DNA from: an uncultured Thermococci archaeon
Lineage (GTDB): Archaea; CAYQAE01; CAYVLA01
Assembly (NCBI GenBank): GCA_964549615.1
Contig: CAZJVP010000090.1
Span: forward strand, 8,107-72,106
Reading direction: 5' to 3'
Length of the DNA: 64,000 bases
A program made the position numbers and the translations under genes. This document shows, one piece after another, positions 56,494-64,000 of this stretch; the first letter of the stretch is position 1, and every line of letters begins with the position of its first letter. The notes beneath the pieces were generated by a model. That model saw only the letters and a program-made list of their open reading frames with translations. It ran no database searches and was not told where the DNA came from.

Positions 56494-57921
56494 TCACGTG
56501 AAAAGGCTTCTCAGTTCCCCCAGGAGCCCCTGCCCAGCGAGGTACCTGTAGGTGCGTCTCTTGATCTTGTTTCGGGAGAAAAGGCCCTTCACCCTTCTCG
56601 GAAGCGAGCCATAGTAGCTTCGATAGCAATCGTATAGCTCCCGTTGGACCTCGTTCCGGGTCAGCGCCTCGGTGGGCATTATGGCGTGTACCATATCGTA
56701 TTTCGCCCAGTTCTCCTCCTCTATCCAGCCGTTTCGTTTGGCAGTTTCGTAAAGCTGGGTTCCGGGGAATGGGGTGAGTATCATGAAGATGGCGAGATCG
56801 GGATCGGCATCCTGGACGAAGCCGATCAGCCTCGAAATGGTCTGCGAGGTGTCCTTCCTTTCCCCGATGATGAACGTGGCCTGGGCGAATATGTCGCTCC
56901 TCTTCAACAGATCCATGGCCTTCAGCCCATCGTCGGGTCGTATCCCCTTTCCGAACGACTCAAGGGTCCGCGGGTTCCCGCTCTCAAGCCCGGCCAGCAC
57001 CCACATGTTGCCTGCCCTTCGCATCGCAGGCAAAAGGTCGTGGTGCCTGACGACGTCATCCGCCCGGGCCTGCACAAACCACATGATCTCATCCGAGAGG
57101 CCTCGCCGGGTTATCTCGCTGCAAAGCTCCCTTGTCCGCTCCCCCAAGCCAAAGTTGTCGTCGACGAGCCAGATGAATTTCGTTCCGAAGTTGTTGAGGC
57201 AGTACTCCATCTCGTCCGCAATGCGTTTCGGCGATTTCGCCCGGTGCGCCCCCGCCCAGTGTCGCCACTGTGAGCAGAAGGTGCATCGATGTAGGCATCC
57301 CCTCGAACCCTCGATCAGGGCATAGCCCGCACCCGAGCCCACCATCATCCTGAAGTGGTATTTGTGCACGACGTCCCGGACGAAGTGATACCCGGGCAGT
57401 GGGAGCCCGTCCAGGTCTTGGATCAGCTCCCTGCCAGGGTTGTGAACGATGGCTCCATCATGTCGGAACGAGATGCCGCGGATTCCGGCAAGCGACGACC
57501 GATCGTCCAGGGCCCGTGCGAGTTCCAACAGGGTCCTTTCTCCCTCCCCCCTGACGATGACGTCTATCTCGGGGTAGGCCTGCAGGCTCTCATGGGACAA
57601 TGCCGTGAAGTGCTGGCCGCCCGCCACGGTTAGGATATCGGGGTTGACGCTCTTGGCGAGCTCCAAGGTTCGCAGGACGGTGTACACGTTGCATGTGGAA
57701 AGACAGCTGGGAGCCACCAGGTCGGGTCGGAAAGCTTCGATCCGTGCCTCGAGGCCTTTCCAGTCGAGTTGCTCCGCCTGGCAGTCGACCACCGCGATCT
57801 CGGCCTCCCTCATGTAGGCCTCCAGGTAGGCCGCCAGCTGGAGAATCCCAAGGGGCGGAGGAAGGTACTCGCCCATCACGAACCATGTCTCCCTCGGCGG
57901 CTCCACGAAAAGAATTCGCAT
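56494..57921 (-). CDS. B12-binding-domain radical SAM protein
   Basis: N-terminal cobalamin-binding Rossmann domain (MRILFVEPP...), then the CLHRCTFCSQW radical-SAM cluster. Confidence 0.8.
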   Translation of the reverse strand: MRILFVEPPRETWFVMGEYLPPPLGILQLAAYLEAYMREAEIAVVDCQAEQLDWKGLEARIEAFRPDLVAPSCLSTCNVYTVLRTLELAKSVNPDILTVAGGQHFTALSHESLQAYPEIDVIVRGEGERTLLELARALDDRSSLAGIRGISFRHDGAIVHNPGRELIQDLDGLPLPGYHFVRDVVHKYHFRMMVGSGAGYALIEGSRGCLHRCTFCSQWRHWAGAHRAKSPKRIADEMEYCLNNFGTKFIWLVDDNFGLGERTRELCSEITRRGLSDEIMWFVQARADDVVRHHDLLPAMRRAGNMWVLAGLESGNPRTLESFGKGIRPDDGLKAMDLLKRSDIFAQATFIIGERKDTSQTISRLIGFVQDADPDLAIFMILTPFPGTQLYETAKRNGWIEEENWAKYDMVHAIMPTEALTRNEVQRELYDCYRSYYGSLPRRVKGLFSRNKIKRRTYRYLAGQGLLGELRSLFT

Positions 57922-58112
57922 CGGCCTAATCCTTCCCCATCGGGCCCTCTTTCCGCACCGAGGTCAAAAAGGATATGGTCTTGTGTTTCGGAGGTAGCTG
58001 GCAACCTTCGCCGAAGCTCCCCCCAGGCCTCCCGCCCTTGGTCCCTTCCCACCCGTCTTCTCCCTTTCCGGAATCCTTTTATGCCACCGGCGAAGCGGGC
58101 TAGCACGGTGGT

Positions 58113-58487
58113 GTGTTGGCTAACGAGGACCAGATCCTGGAGGAGCTGAAGCAGATCAGAACGCTCTTGACGCCGAAGCCTGCGCCCCCCGCGGCCCCGC
58201 CGAAGGGGATGTGGGCTGAATTCATCGACTTCCTCTCCAAGTACAAGGTCATGGGGTTGGCGGTCGCGTTCATCATGGGCTTATACCTAGGTGCCCTGGT
58301 CAAGGCGCTCGTTGATGACTTCATAATGCCCATAATCGAGTACGCGGTGCCGGATGTGAGCTGGGAGGAGTTCCTCATCGGCAAGTTCCGCGTGGGCCAC
58401 TTCGTCGGCGCGCTCATCACCTTCGTGATAGTTGCGTTCGTGATATTCCTGCTTGTGAGGTTGGTCAGAAGGTGGGGCATAGAGTAG
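58113..58487 (+). CDS. mscL: Large-conductance mechanosensitive channel MscL (with N-terminal extension)
   Basis: WAEFIDFLSKYKVMGLAVAFIMGLYLGALVKALVDDFIMPII matches the MscL TM1/TM2 consensus. Confidence 0.75.
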   Translation: MLANEDQILEELKQIRTLLTPKPAPPAAPPKGMWAEFIDFLSKYKVMGLAVAFIMGLYLGALVKALVDDFIMPIIEYAVPDVSWEEFLIGKFRVGHFVGALITFVIVAFVIFLLVRLVRRWGIE

Positions 58488-58537
58488 TCCGGCCCCAAAC
58501 CTCAAGCCGATCCTGACGAGCCCCGGTCCCTCTGGGC

Positions 58538-60964
58538 CTACAAAGTCCAACATAGCTCCCAGCGGGTTCGGGGGCCCTTGGACACAACGGGGATCGCGAG
58601 CGATCCGTTGGCCCCAGGAAGCGGGTGAACTAGCTGCTCGTCCACCTTGGCCGTGGCGCGCGCGTTCGGGGGCCCAACTACCACGATGTAGCCCTGCTGG
58701 CCAGCTGGCCTGTTCAACTCCCCCGTGAGGGTCCCAGAGGAATCCCAGACCACGTTGCTCAGCTCGACGCCCCCGCTTTGATGGAACGTGGTCCCTACCA
58801 CCCAGGGATGCACTCTGGCCTTCCGCATGATCAAGAGCTTGACGGCCGGGCCGAAGTAGCTGATCTTCAAAGTACCCTTGGCCGCTGCGACTACGAGGGA
58901 CTGCGCATCGCCAGGATGGACATAGCCGTTGACGCCCTCCTTCCTCGAGCAGACATCGCCCAGGAACTGTCCGGACCAGAACTCGTAGGCCCAGTACCTT
59001 CCACGCGCTTCAAGCCCGACGCGCCGCAAAGGCAGGTGGAAGGTGGTGATGCTGGGTCTGCCCTCGGAGTCCAGAGGCGCATCGTAGCTGAAGAGGGCGA
59101 TCAGGTGCCACTCATCCCAGCTTGACGAAACGGGCAGATGCCAGATCCTAGATCCGATCTGAACCGGTGACTCCACGCTCGTGGCCGGCTGTCCTCGGCA
59201 CGAGGCCTCGTACTCCAGGTGCGAAACGCGGACGGGCTCGAAGAGATCCACCGGACGCGCCGCGATGCCGAGGGGCGGAAGGGCGGCCAACAGTATTTGC
59301 CAGCGGTCCTCTGGCAGAAGGGTAAGGTCGTCCCCGATGTCCACCTGGCCGCCGCTCATGAAGGTCGCGGTCGCCCTCAGGCGGGCCTCCTCGATCGTGC
59401 CTGGCGGGCCGACGCATAGGCAAGAGGGCTGTATGATTCCCCACCTGCGATGCTTGAAGAGGTGCCCTGCCAAGTTAAGGCCGTAGTTCTGCCGGTGATG
59501 CTGCCAGCCGACGTACCCCGTGTTGCCCGTGTCGTTACAGGCGTAAAGAAGAGGGAAGCTTCCTGTGCCAGGTAGCTCCGGCCCGGAACAGTTGAGCAGG
59601 AGTGCCTCGGGGTCAACCGCCTGCATCTCCTCCCTCATTATGCGCATCCCAACTCGCGATGCCTCGCTTCCCCCTCCCGCCACAATGCTTGAGTCCCATC
59701 TATCGCGGAGGGCTCCATCGCTGGCCACCCCGAGGAAGTCAGCCTTGAGATACCGAACTCCCCTGTTTGCCAAGCCGCGGATCTTCTCCCTCAACCACCT
59801 CTGCGCATCCGGGTTTGTCAGGTCCAAGGCAAAGATCCTTCCATGGGGTTCCCAGAACCACTCACCCCTGGAGAGGGGCTTCTCCCCCTTCCCGCCGAGC
59901 AGCCAGTCAGGGTGTTCCCGGAAGATGGGATCAAACTCACTGATGCTGAAGGGCGCGGTCCAAACACCAAGCTTGAGGCCAAGCTCACGCAGGCGATCCG
60001 CCAGCCAAGCGAGGCCGTGAGGGAATTGGTCGTTCTCCTCAAACGCGCAGGGGAGATGGCCTCTCTGCCACCCGAGGTCCAGCTGCATTATGCTTAGGCC
60101 GAGCGGTTTGAGCCTTTCTGCCGCGATCTTTGCGTTCGCGAGGACACGCTGCTCGCTCACACCGAGGCGATGAGGATACCAGCTGCACCAGGAAACGGGG
60201 ATGTCTGAGATCGGCCTGACTTTGTGGCGACGTCCAACGACATCCGCATAACGCTCGAGCAGTCTCCAGGGATCCCGCCCCGCCAGCAGCACGACCTCCT
60301 CAAGGGTTATCCTCTCCCTCGGCTGTACGAGCAGGTCGCCGCCGTCAAAACCTATCGACCACGAATGCGGCTGGTATCCCAGCCGCTCTTCGGTGACGAT
60401 CTGCCCCCTCCATCTTTCCTCGGTCAGAAAGCCGACGCACAAGGCCGTCCCCGAATCAAGGTCAAAGCTCAGCCAGCAGGTGTCGGATGAGTGACGGGAA
60501 GGCCTAGCATCCTTGCCGCCCGCCGTCGCGGAGCCCAACCACCTGACCCTGGCCCAGTAGTTCCCCTGTTCATAGATGCGCGTCGAACGCGGACTCCGCG
60601 AGAGCCTGACCCGCATCTTGTCCCCGAGAACCGGGCCCAGGATCTGAACGTGATTCAGACGAAGACCTCGCCCCGACAGGTTTGTGAGTTCGCTACGCAG
60701 CAAGAAACCAGCATTCTCGACAGCCGAGAACTCCTGCACGAGGCGTACCCTTGCGGGCGCGAACTCGGTTTGCACTGCAATGCCCAGGCATGCGTCATCA
60801 CGTTCCGTGATACGGTCGGTGACAGCAAGCCTGCGGCCGTCCACAATCAGACCTGGAGCCAGCGGCCCGACCCTGAGGCTCGCGCTCAGAGGTGAACTGA
60901 TTACGATGCCGCTACGCTTGGACCGGCAGGTCAACCTGAGCCCTCCATGCGCGACGTCTAACAC
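58538..60964 (-). CDS. GH36-like (clan GH-D) alpha-galactosidase-type glycoside hydrolase, cytoplasmic
   Basis: 808 aa. TIM barrel with GVRYLKADF (the K-x-D nucleophile motif of GH27/36) and N/C beta-sandwich domains. No signal peptide. Confidence 0.5.
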   Translation of the reverse strand: MLDVAHGGLRLTCRSKRSGIVISSPLSASLRVGPLAPGLIVDGRRLAVTDRITERDDACLGIAVQTEFAPARVRLVQEFSAVENAGFLLRSELTNLSGRGLRLNHVQILGPVLGDKMRVRLSRSPRSTRIYEQGNYWARVRWLGSATAGGKDARPSRHSSDTCWLSFDLDSGTALCVGFLTEERWRGQIVTEERLGYQPHSWSIGFDGGDLLVQPRERITLEEVVLLAGRDPWRLLERYADVVGRRHKVRPISDIPVSWCSWYPHRLGVSEQRVLANAKIAAERLKPLGLSIMQLDLGWQRGHLPCAFEENDQFPHGLAWLADRLRELGLKLGVWTAPFSISEFDPIFREHPDWLLGGKGEKPLSRGEWFWEPHGRIFALDLTNPDAQRWLREKIRGLANRGVRYLKADFLGVASDGALRDRWDSSIVAGGGSEASRVGMRIMREEMQAVDPEALLLNCSGPELPGTGSFPLLYACNDTGNTGYVGWQHHRQNYGLNLAGHLFKHRRWGIIQPSCLCVGPPGTIEEARLRATATFMSGGQVDIGDDLTLLPEDRWQILLAALPPLGIAARPVDLFEPVRVSHLEYEASCRGQPATSVESPVQIGSRIWHLPVSSSWDEWHLIALFSYDAPLDSEGRPSITTFHLPLRRVGLEARGRYWAYEFWSGQFLGDVCSRKEGVNGYVHPGDAQSLVVAAAKGTLKISYFGPAVKLLIMRKARVHPWVVGTTFHQSGGVELSNVVWDSSGTLTGELNRPAGQQGYIVVVGPPNARATAKVDEQLVHPLPGANGSLAIPVVSKGPRTRWELCWTL

Positions 60965-61230
60965 CTATCTCACCACACCTGATGCGGAACCGACGACTGA
61001 TCCGACCTGACGGGCTTCGCGTCGACGCAGACCTTGAAGGATTTATCGGGGACGTCCGGGAACATCCCGAGCCCTGGATGCATCGCAAGATGGAGCAAGA
61101 AAGCCTTTTCTGCGGCCGCGAAGGAAGCATCGAGCTTGGAAGCCAGGAAGTCGGCCGCATCGGCCCAGCTTCCTAGAGCATCTCCTTCAGAATAGAAGAT
61201 GGTGAGAACCGTCAAGGATGCTGGTTCAGG

Positions 61231-62469
61231 ATGATCTCCGTACTGGTCCTCTTGGTCGTGTTCGCGCTGATTGCAGCAAGGCGAGTAGGCAGCGTCAGGC
61301 TTCAGATATGGCAGGTTATGCTGTTGGGCGCCGTGGCGGTTCTGGCGACAGGCCAGATCTCTCCTGAGGCTGCCGTGCGGGCCATAAACCTGGATGTGAT
61401 GTTCTTCCTCTTCGGGATGTTCGTAGTCGGGGAAGCGCTCGAAGAGAGCGGATACCTCTCCCATCTTTCCCACAGGATGTTCAGGAAAGCGAAATCCTTC
61501 GACGCCCTGATCCTCATAATCCTGTTCGGCATGGGGATCCCTTCCGCGTTCCTGATGAACGATACGTTGGCAATAATCGGAACGCCGGTGGTCCTCTCGC
61601 TCGCAATCAGGAATCGCATGCGGCCCCAGGTCCTGCTTCTTGCCCTTGCCTTCTCGGTGACGACAGGCAGCGCGATGAGCCCCATAGGCAACCCGCAGAA
61701 CCTCCTGATCGCCATCGGGGCAAGGGTCGCCAATCCCTTCGTGACCTTCTTCAGATTCCTGGCCATGCCAACGATGGTCAACCTTCTTGTGGCCTACCTC
61801 ATGCTGCGGCTCTTCTACGGCAAGCACCTTCGGGGCAAGCCGGTTGAAAGCTTCCCTGAGCCGATGAGGGATCCCGGGCTCGCCAAGCTTTCCCAAGTCT
61901 CCCTGATCTTGCTTGTGGTCCTGACAGGAGCCAAGATCGCGACGGCACTCCTGAACGTTGATATCGACTACAGGCTGACCTACATAGCGATTGCCTCGGC
62001 GGCCCCTATCATCCTGCTGAGCCCTTCCAGACTGAGGCTGGTGAGGAACATCGACTGGCACACGCTGATCTTCTTCGCCTCGATGTTCGTCCTGATGGAG
62101 AGCGTGTGGGACTCTGGCTTCTTCCAAAACCTCATCGGCGCGCTGAACGTAGACCTCAGCTCGGTGGGCATGATCCTAATCGTCAGCGTCCTGCTGAGCC
62201 AGTTCATCTCGAACGTGCCGCTCGTCGCGCTGTATCTGCCATTGCTCATCGAGTCCGGAGTCTCAACGAAGGCGACCATGGCCTTGGCTGCTGGGAGCAC
62301 CATCGCGGGCAATCTCGCGATCCTGGGCGCCGCCAGCAACGTGATCATAATACAGAACGCGGAGAAGAGATCCGGCGAGACCGTGTCGTTTTTCGAGTTT
62401 GTGAGGATCGGACTGCCCCTAACTGCGGTCAACGTCCTCGTCTACTGGATGTTCTTTGCGGCCAGCTGA
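61231..62469 (+). CDS. ArsB/NhaD/CitMHS-superfamily anion permease
   Basis: 412 aa, ~12 TM helices with an internal repeat, typical of the ArsB-like fold. Confidence 0.7.
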   Translation: MISVLVLLVVFALIAARRVGSVRLQIWQVMLLGAVAVLATGQISPEAAVRAINLDVMFFLFGMFVVGEALEESGYLSHLSHRMFRKAKSFDALILIILFGMGIPSAFLMNDTLAIIGTPVVLSLAIRNRMRPQVLLLALAFSVTTGSAMSPIGNPQNLLIAIGARVANPFVTFFRFLAMPTMVNLLVAYLMLRLFYGKHLRGKPVESFPEPMRDPGLAKLSQVSLILLVVLTGAKIATALLNVDIDYRLTYIAIASAAPIILLSPSRLRLVRNIDWHTLIFFASMFVLMESVWDSGFFQNLIGALNVDLSSVGMILIVSVLLSQFISNVPLVALYLPLLIESGVSTKATMALAAGSTIAGNLAILGAASNVIIIQNAEKRSGETVSFFEFVRIGLPLTAVNVLVYWMFFAAS

Positions 62470-62630
62470 TCGGCTCCAGCACCCCGCAGAGACCGGGTGA
62501 GACCCCAACATCCTTCCGAGAGTGCGAAGCTGGGATTCGAGGGTCTGAGGCGAAGCACGTTGCGATCCAGATGTGCCCGTCCGTCAACGCATTTTTATGG
62601 CACGGTTTGACCGACAAGCTCGGAGGCAAG

Positions 62631-63275
62631 ATGATGGTTCACATCCAACCACCCCTCACTGTGCCCAAGGACGCCATCGTCCTGTTCAATGGCAAGGACC
62701 TTCGAAACTGGCGCACTCGAAAGGGCGAACCGGCTGGCTGGGAGGTCTCGAAGGGGGTAATGACGGTCGTGAAAGGGACGGGCGACATCGCCACCGACAT
62801 GAAGTTCACCGACTTCTTCCTCCACCTAGAGTGGATGGAGCCCGACATGCCGGAGGCGAAGGGGCAGGCCAAGGGGAACAGCGGCGTGTACCTTCAGGGA
62901 CGCTACGAGATCCAGGTCCTGGACTCCTACGGCATCGAGATCCCTGGAAAGGGGGATTGCGGCGCGATATATGACCAGTTTGCGCCGCTTGTCAACGCAT
63001 GCAAGCCGCCGCTTCAGTGGCAAACCTATGATGTGGCGTTCCGTGCACCACGGTTTGACGATTCGGGAAAAGTCCTGAGCCAGGCGCGGGTGACGGTCTT
63101 CCAGAACGGCATACTGATACACAACAACGTCGAGGTGCTCGGCCCCACGGGCGGCGCCATGGACACCAACATCGCCGAGCCGGGACCGCTCCTGCTCCAG
63201 GACCACGGGAACCCGGTTAAGTATCGCAACATCTGGATCGTACCGCTTCCCTTGAAGGGATCAGACAAGTACTGA
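62631..63275 (+). CDS. DUF1080 (3-keto-disaccharide hydrolase-like, concanavalin fold) protein
   Basis: ...LFNGKDLRNW...MKFTDFFLHLEW...NSGVYLQGRYEIQVLDSYG...VKYRNIWIVPL is the classic DUF1080 motif order. Start trimmed to the ATG at 62631. Confidence 0.65.
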   Translation: MMVHIQPPLTVPKDAIVLFNGKDLRNWRTRKGEPAGWEVSKGVMTVVKGTGDIATDMKFTDFFLHLEWMEPDMPEAKGQAKGNSGVYLQGRYEIQVLDSYGIEIPGKGDCGAIYDQFAPLVNACKPPLQWQTYDVAFRAPRFDDSGKVLSQARVTVFQNGILIHNNVEVLGPTGGAMDTNIAEPGPLLLQDHGNPVKYRNIWIVPLPLKGSDKY

Positions 63276-63499
63276 ATCACCTGCCGTCTGGTCCACATCA
63301 ACCGGCTCCGATCCGGCGCCGGGCCTTGCAATCCCCCGTACGCCGGCCCAGTCAGCGTGGATCGGCGCGGGAAGAAGACCGCCTCTCCATCCTCTCATCC
63401 AGCCGAGTGCCATCGAGAAGCTCCTCCGCGTTCCCCCGTGTGAGATAACCGTTTTATCGCCAAACTGACCATTTGCCTGCCGTGGAGTCCCCTCGGCGA

Positions 63500-64000
63500 A
63501 TGGCGCTTGACAAGCAGCTGAGGAGGCAATCGCTGTGGCTCCGGGATTCCTACATCTGGCTGCTCAGCGCGAAGGTCGCCCAAGGGAGAAGCGGGATGTC
63601 CGCACTCGACGTCGGGTGCGGCCCGGGCTTCGTCATGGAGATTCTGGGAAAGTTGTTCGCCGTCACCGGAGTCGATACGGATGAAGATATGGTCAGGGCA
63701 TGCAGGGCGAAGGACCTGAGCGTTCAGAAGGCCTCCGCGTACCGGCTGCCGTACCGGGATTGTTCCTTCGACATCGTCTACTGCTCATTCCTGCTGCTAT
63801 GGCTCAAGGAGCCTTCGAAGGCACTGGAGGAGATGTCACGGGTTTCGAAGGCGCACGTGCTGTGCCTAGGGGAGCCCGATCTTGGGGCGCGCATCGATCA
63901 TCCCGAAAGCCTCGCAGGGCTGGGTCCCCTGCTTGTGGAAGGGATGAGGAAGCAAGGCGCAGATCCGTTCATGGGCAGGAAGCTCAGGCAGCTCTTCAAG
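63500..64000 (+). CDS. Class I SAM-dependent methyltransferase (partial, continues beyond the window)
   Basis: VGCGPGF (motif I), then DIVYCSFLLLWL. Confidence 0.6.
   Translation, partial: MALDKQLRRQSLWLRDSYIWLLSAKVAQGRSGMSALDVGCGPGFVMEILGKLFAVTGVDTDEDMVRACRAKDLSVQKASAYRLPYRDCSFDIVYCSFLLLWLKEPSKALEEMSRVSKAHVLCLGEPDLGARIDHPESLAGLGPLLVEGMRKQGADPFMGRKLRQLFK

Overview
The window is a 64 kb, high-GC (~62%) archaeal chromosomal segment, dense in coding sequence on both strands. Archaeal identity rests on a DnaG-type primase, the DNA polymerase D small subunit, r-protein L10e, a tRNA-splicing endonuclease, CDC48, 2-phosphoglycerate kinase and an Fno-like F420 enzyme. It has three parts. (i) Left, ~1-17.6 kb: a secreted/surface glycan-processing island with a heparinase-like lyase fragment, a right-handed beta-helix protein, a GH5-like hydrolase, an amidohydrolase and a Cys-type sulfatase. 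Six copies of an uncharacterised paralogous family are interleaved with these genes. Each copy has a signal peptide, an ~300-aa domain carrying an R-x-Y-x-P-R-T motif, and a strongly conserved C-terminal 'ALLW.YV.EW - TM helix - M.RRRLYR.V' anchoring module. A seventh copy lies at 37.1 kb next to CDC48. (ii) Middle, 17.6-42 kb: housekeeping genes. These are a nucleoside hydrolase divergent from a BMP-family nucleoside ABC transporter operon, a HEPN/MNT toxin-antitoxin pair, a candidate RNase P RNA, dnaG, rpl10e, 2PGK + pgk, the PolD small subunit, hisS, endA, an Fno-like gene, aspartokinase, and an hsp20 - HTH regulator - cdc48 heat-shock operon with a Phr/HSR1-type AAC-N5-GTT operator. (iii) Right, 42-64 kb: a second, apparently cytoplasmic, glycan-utilisation cluster. 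It holds a GH42-like hydrolase, a LamG/beta-propeller protein, two BNR/Asp-box sialidase-like proteins, a large TIM-barrel GH-like protein, a GH36-like hydrolase, MFS, EamA and ArsB/NhaD transporters, and a DUF1080 protein. No CRISPR array, rRNA, tRNA or obvious transposase was found. Many antisense ORFs in the supplied track are high-GC artefacts. The most notable item is the seven-member anchored paralog family embedded in the glycan/sulfatase island.
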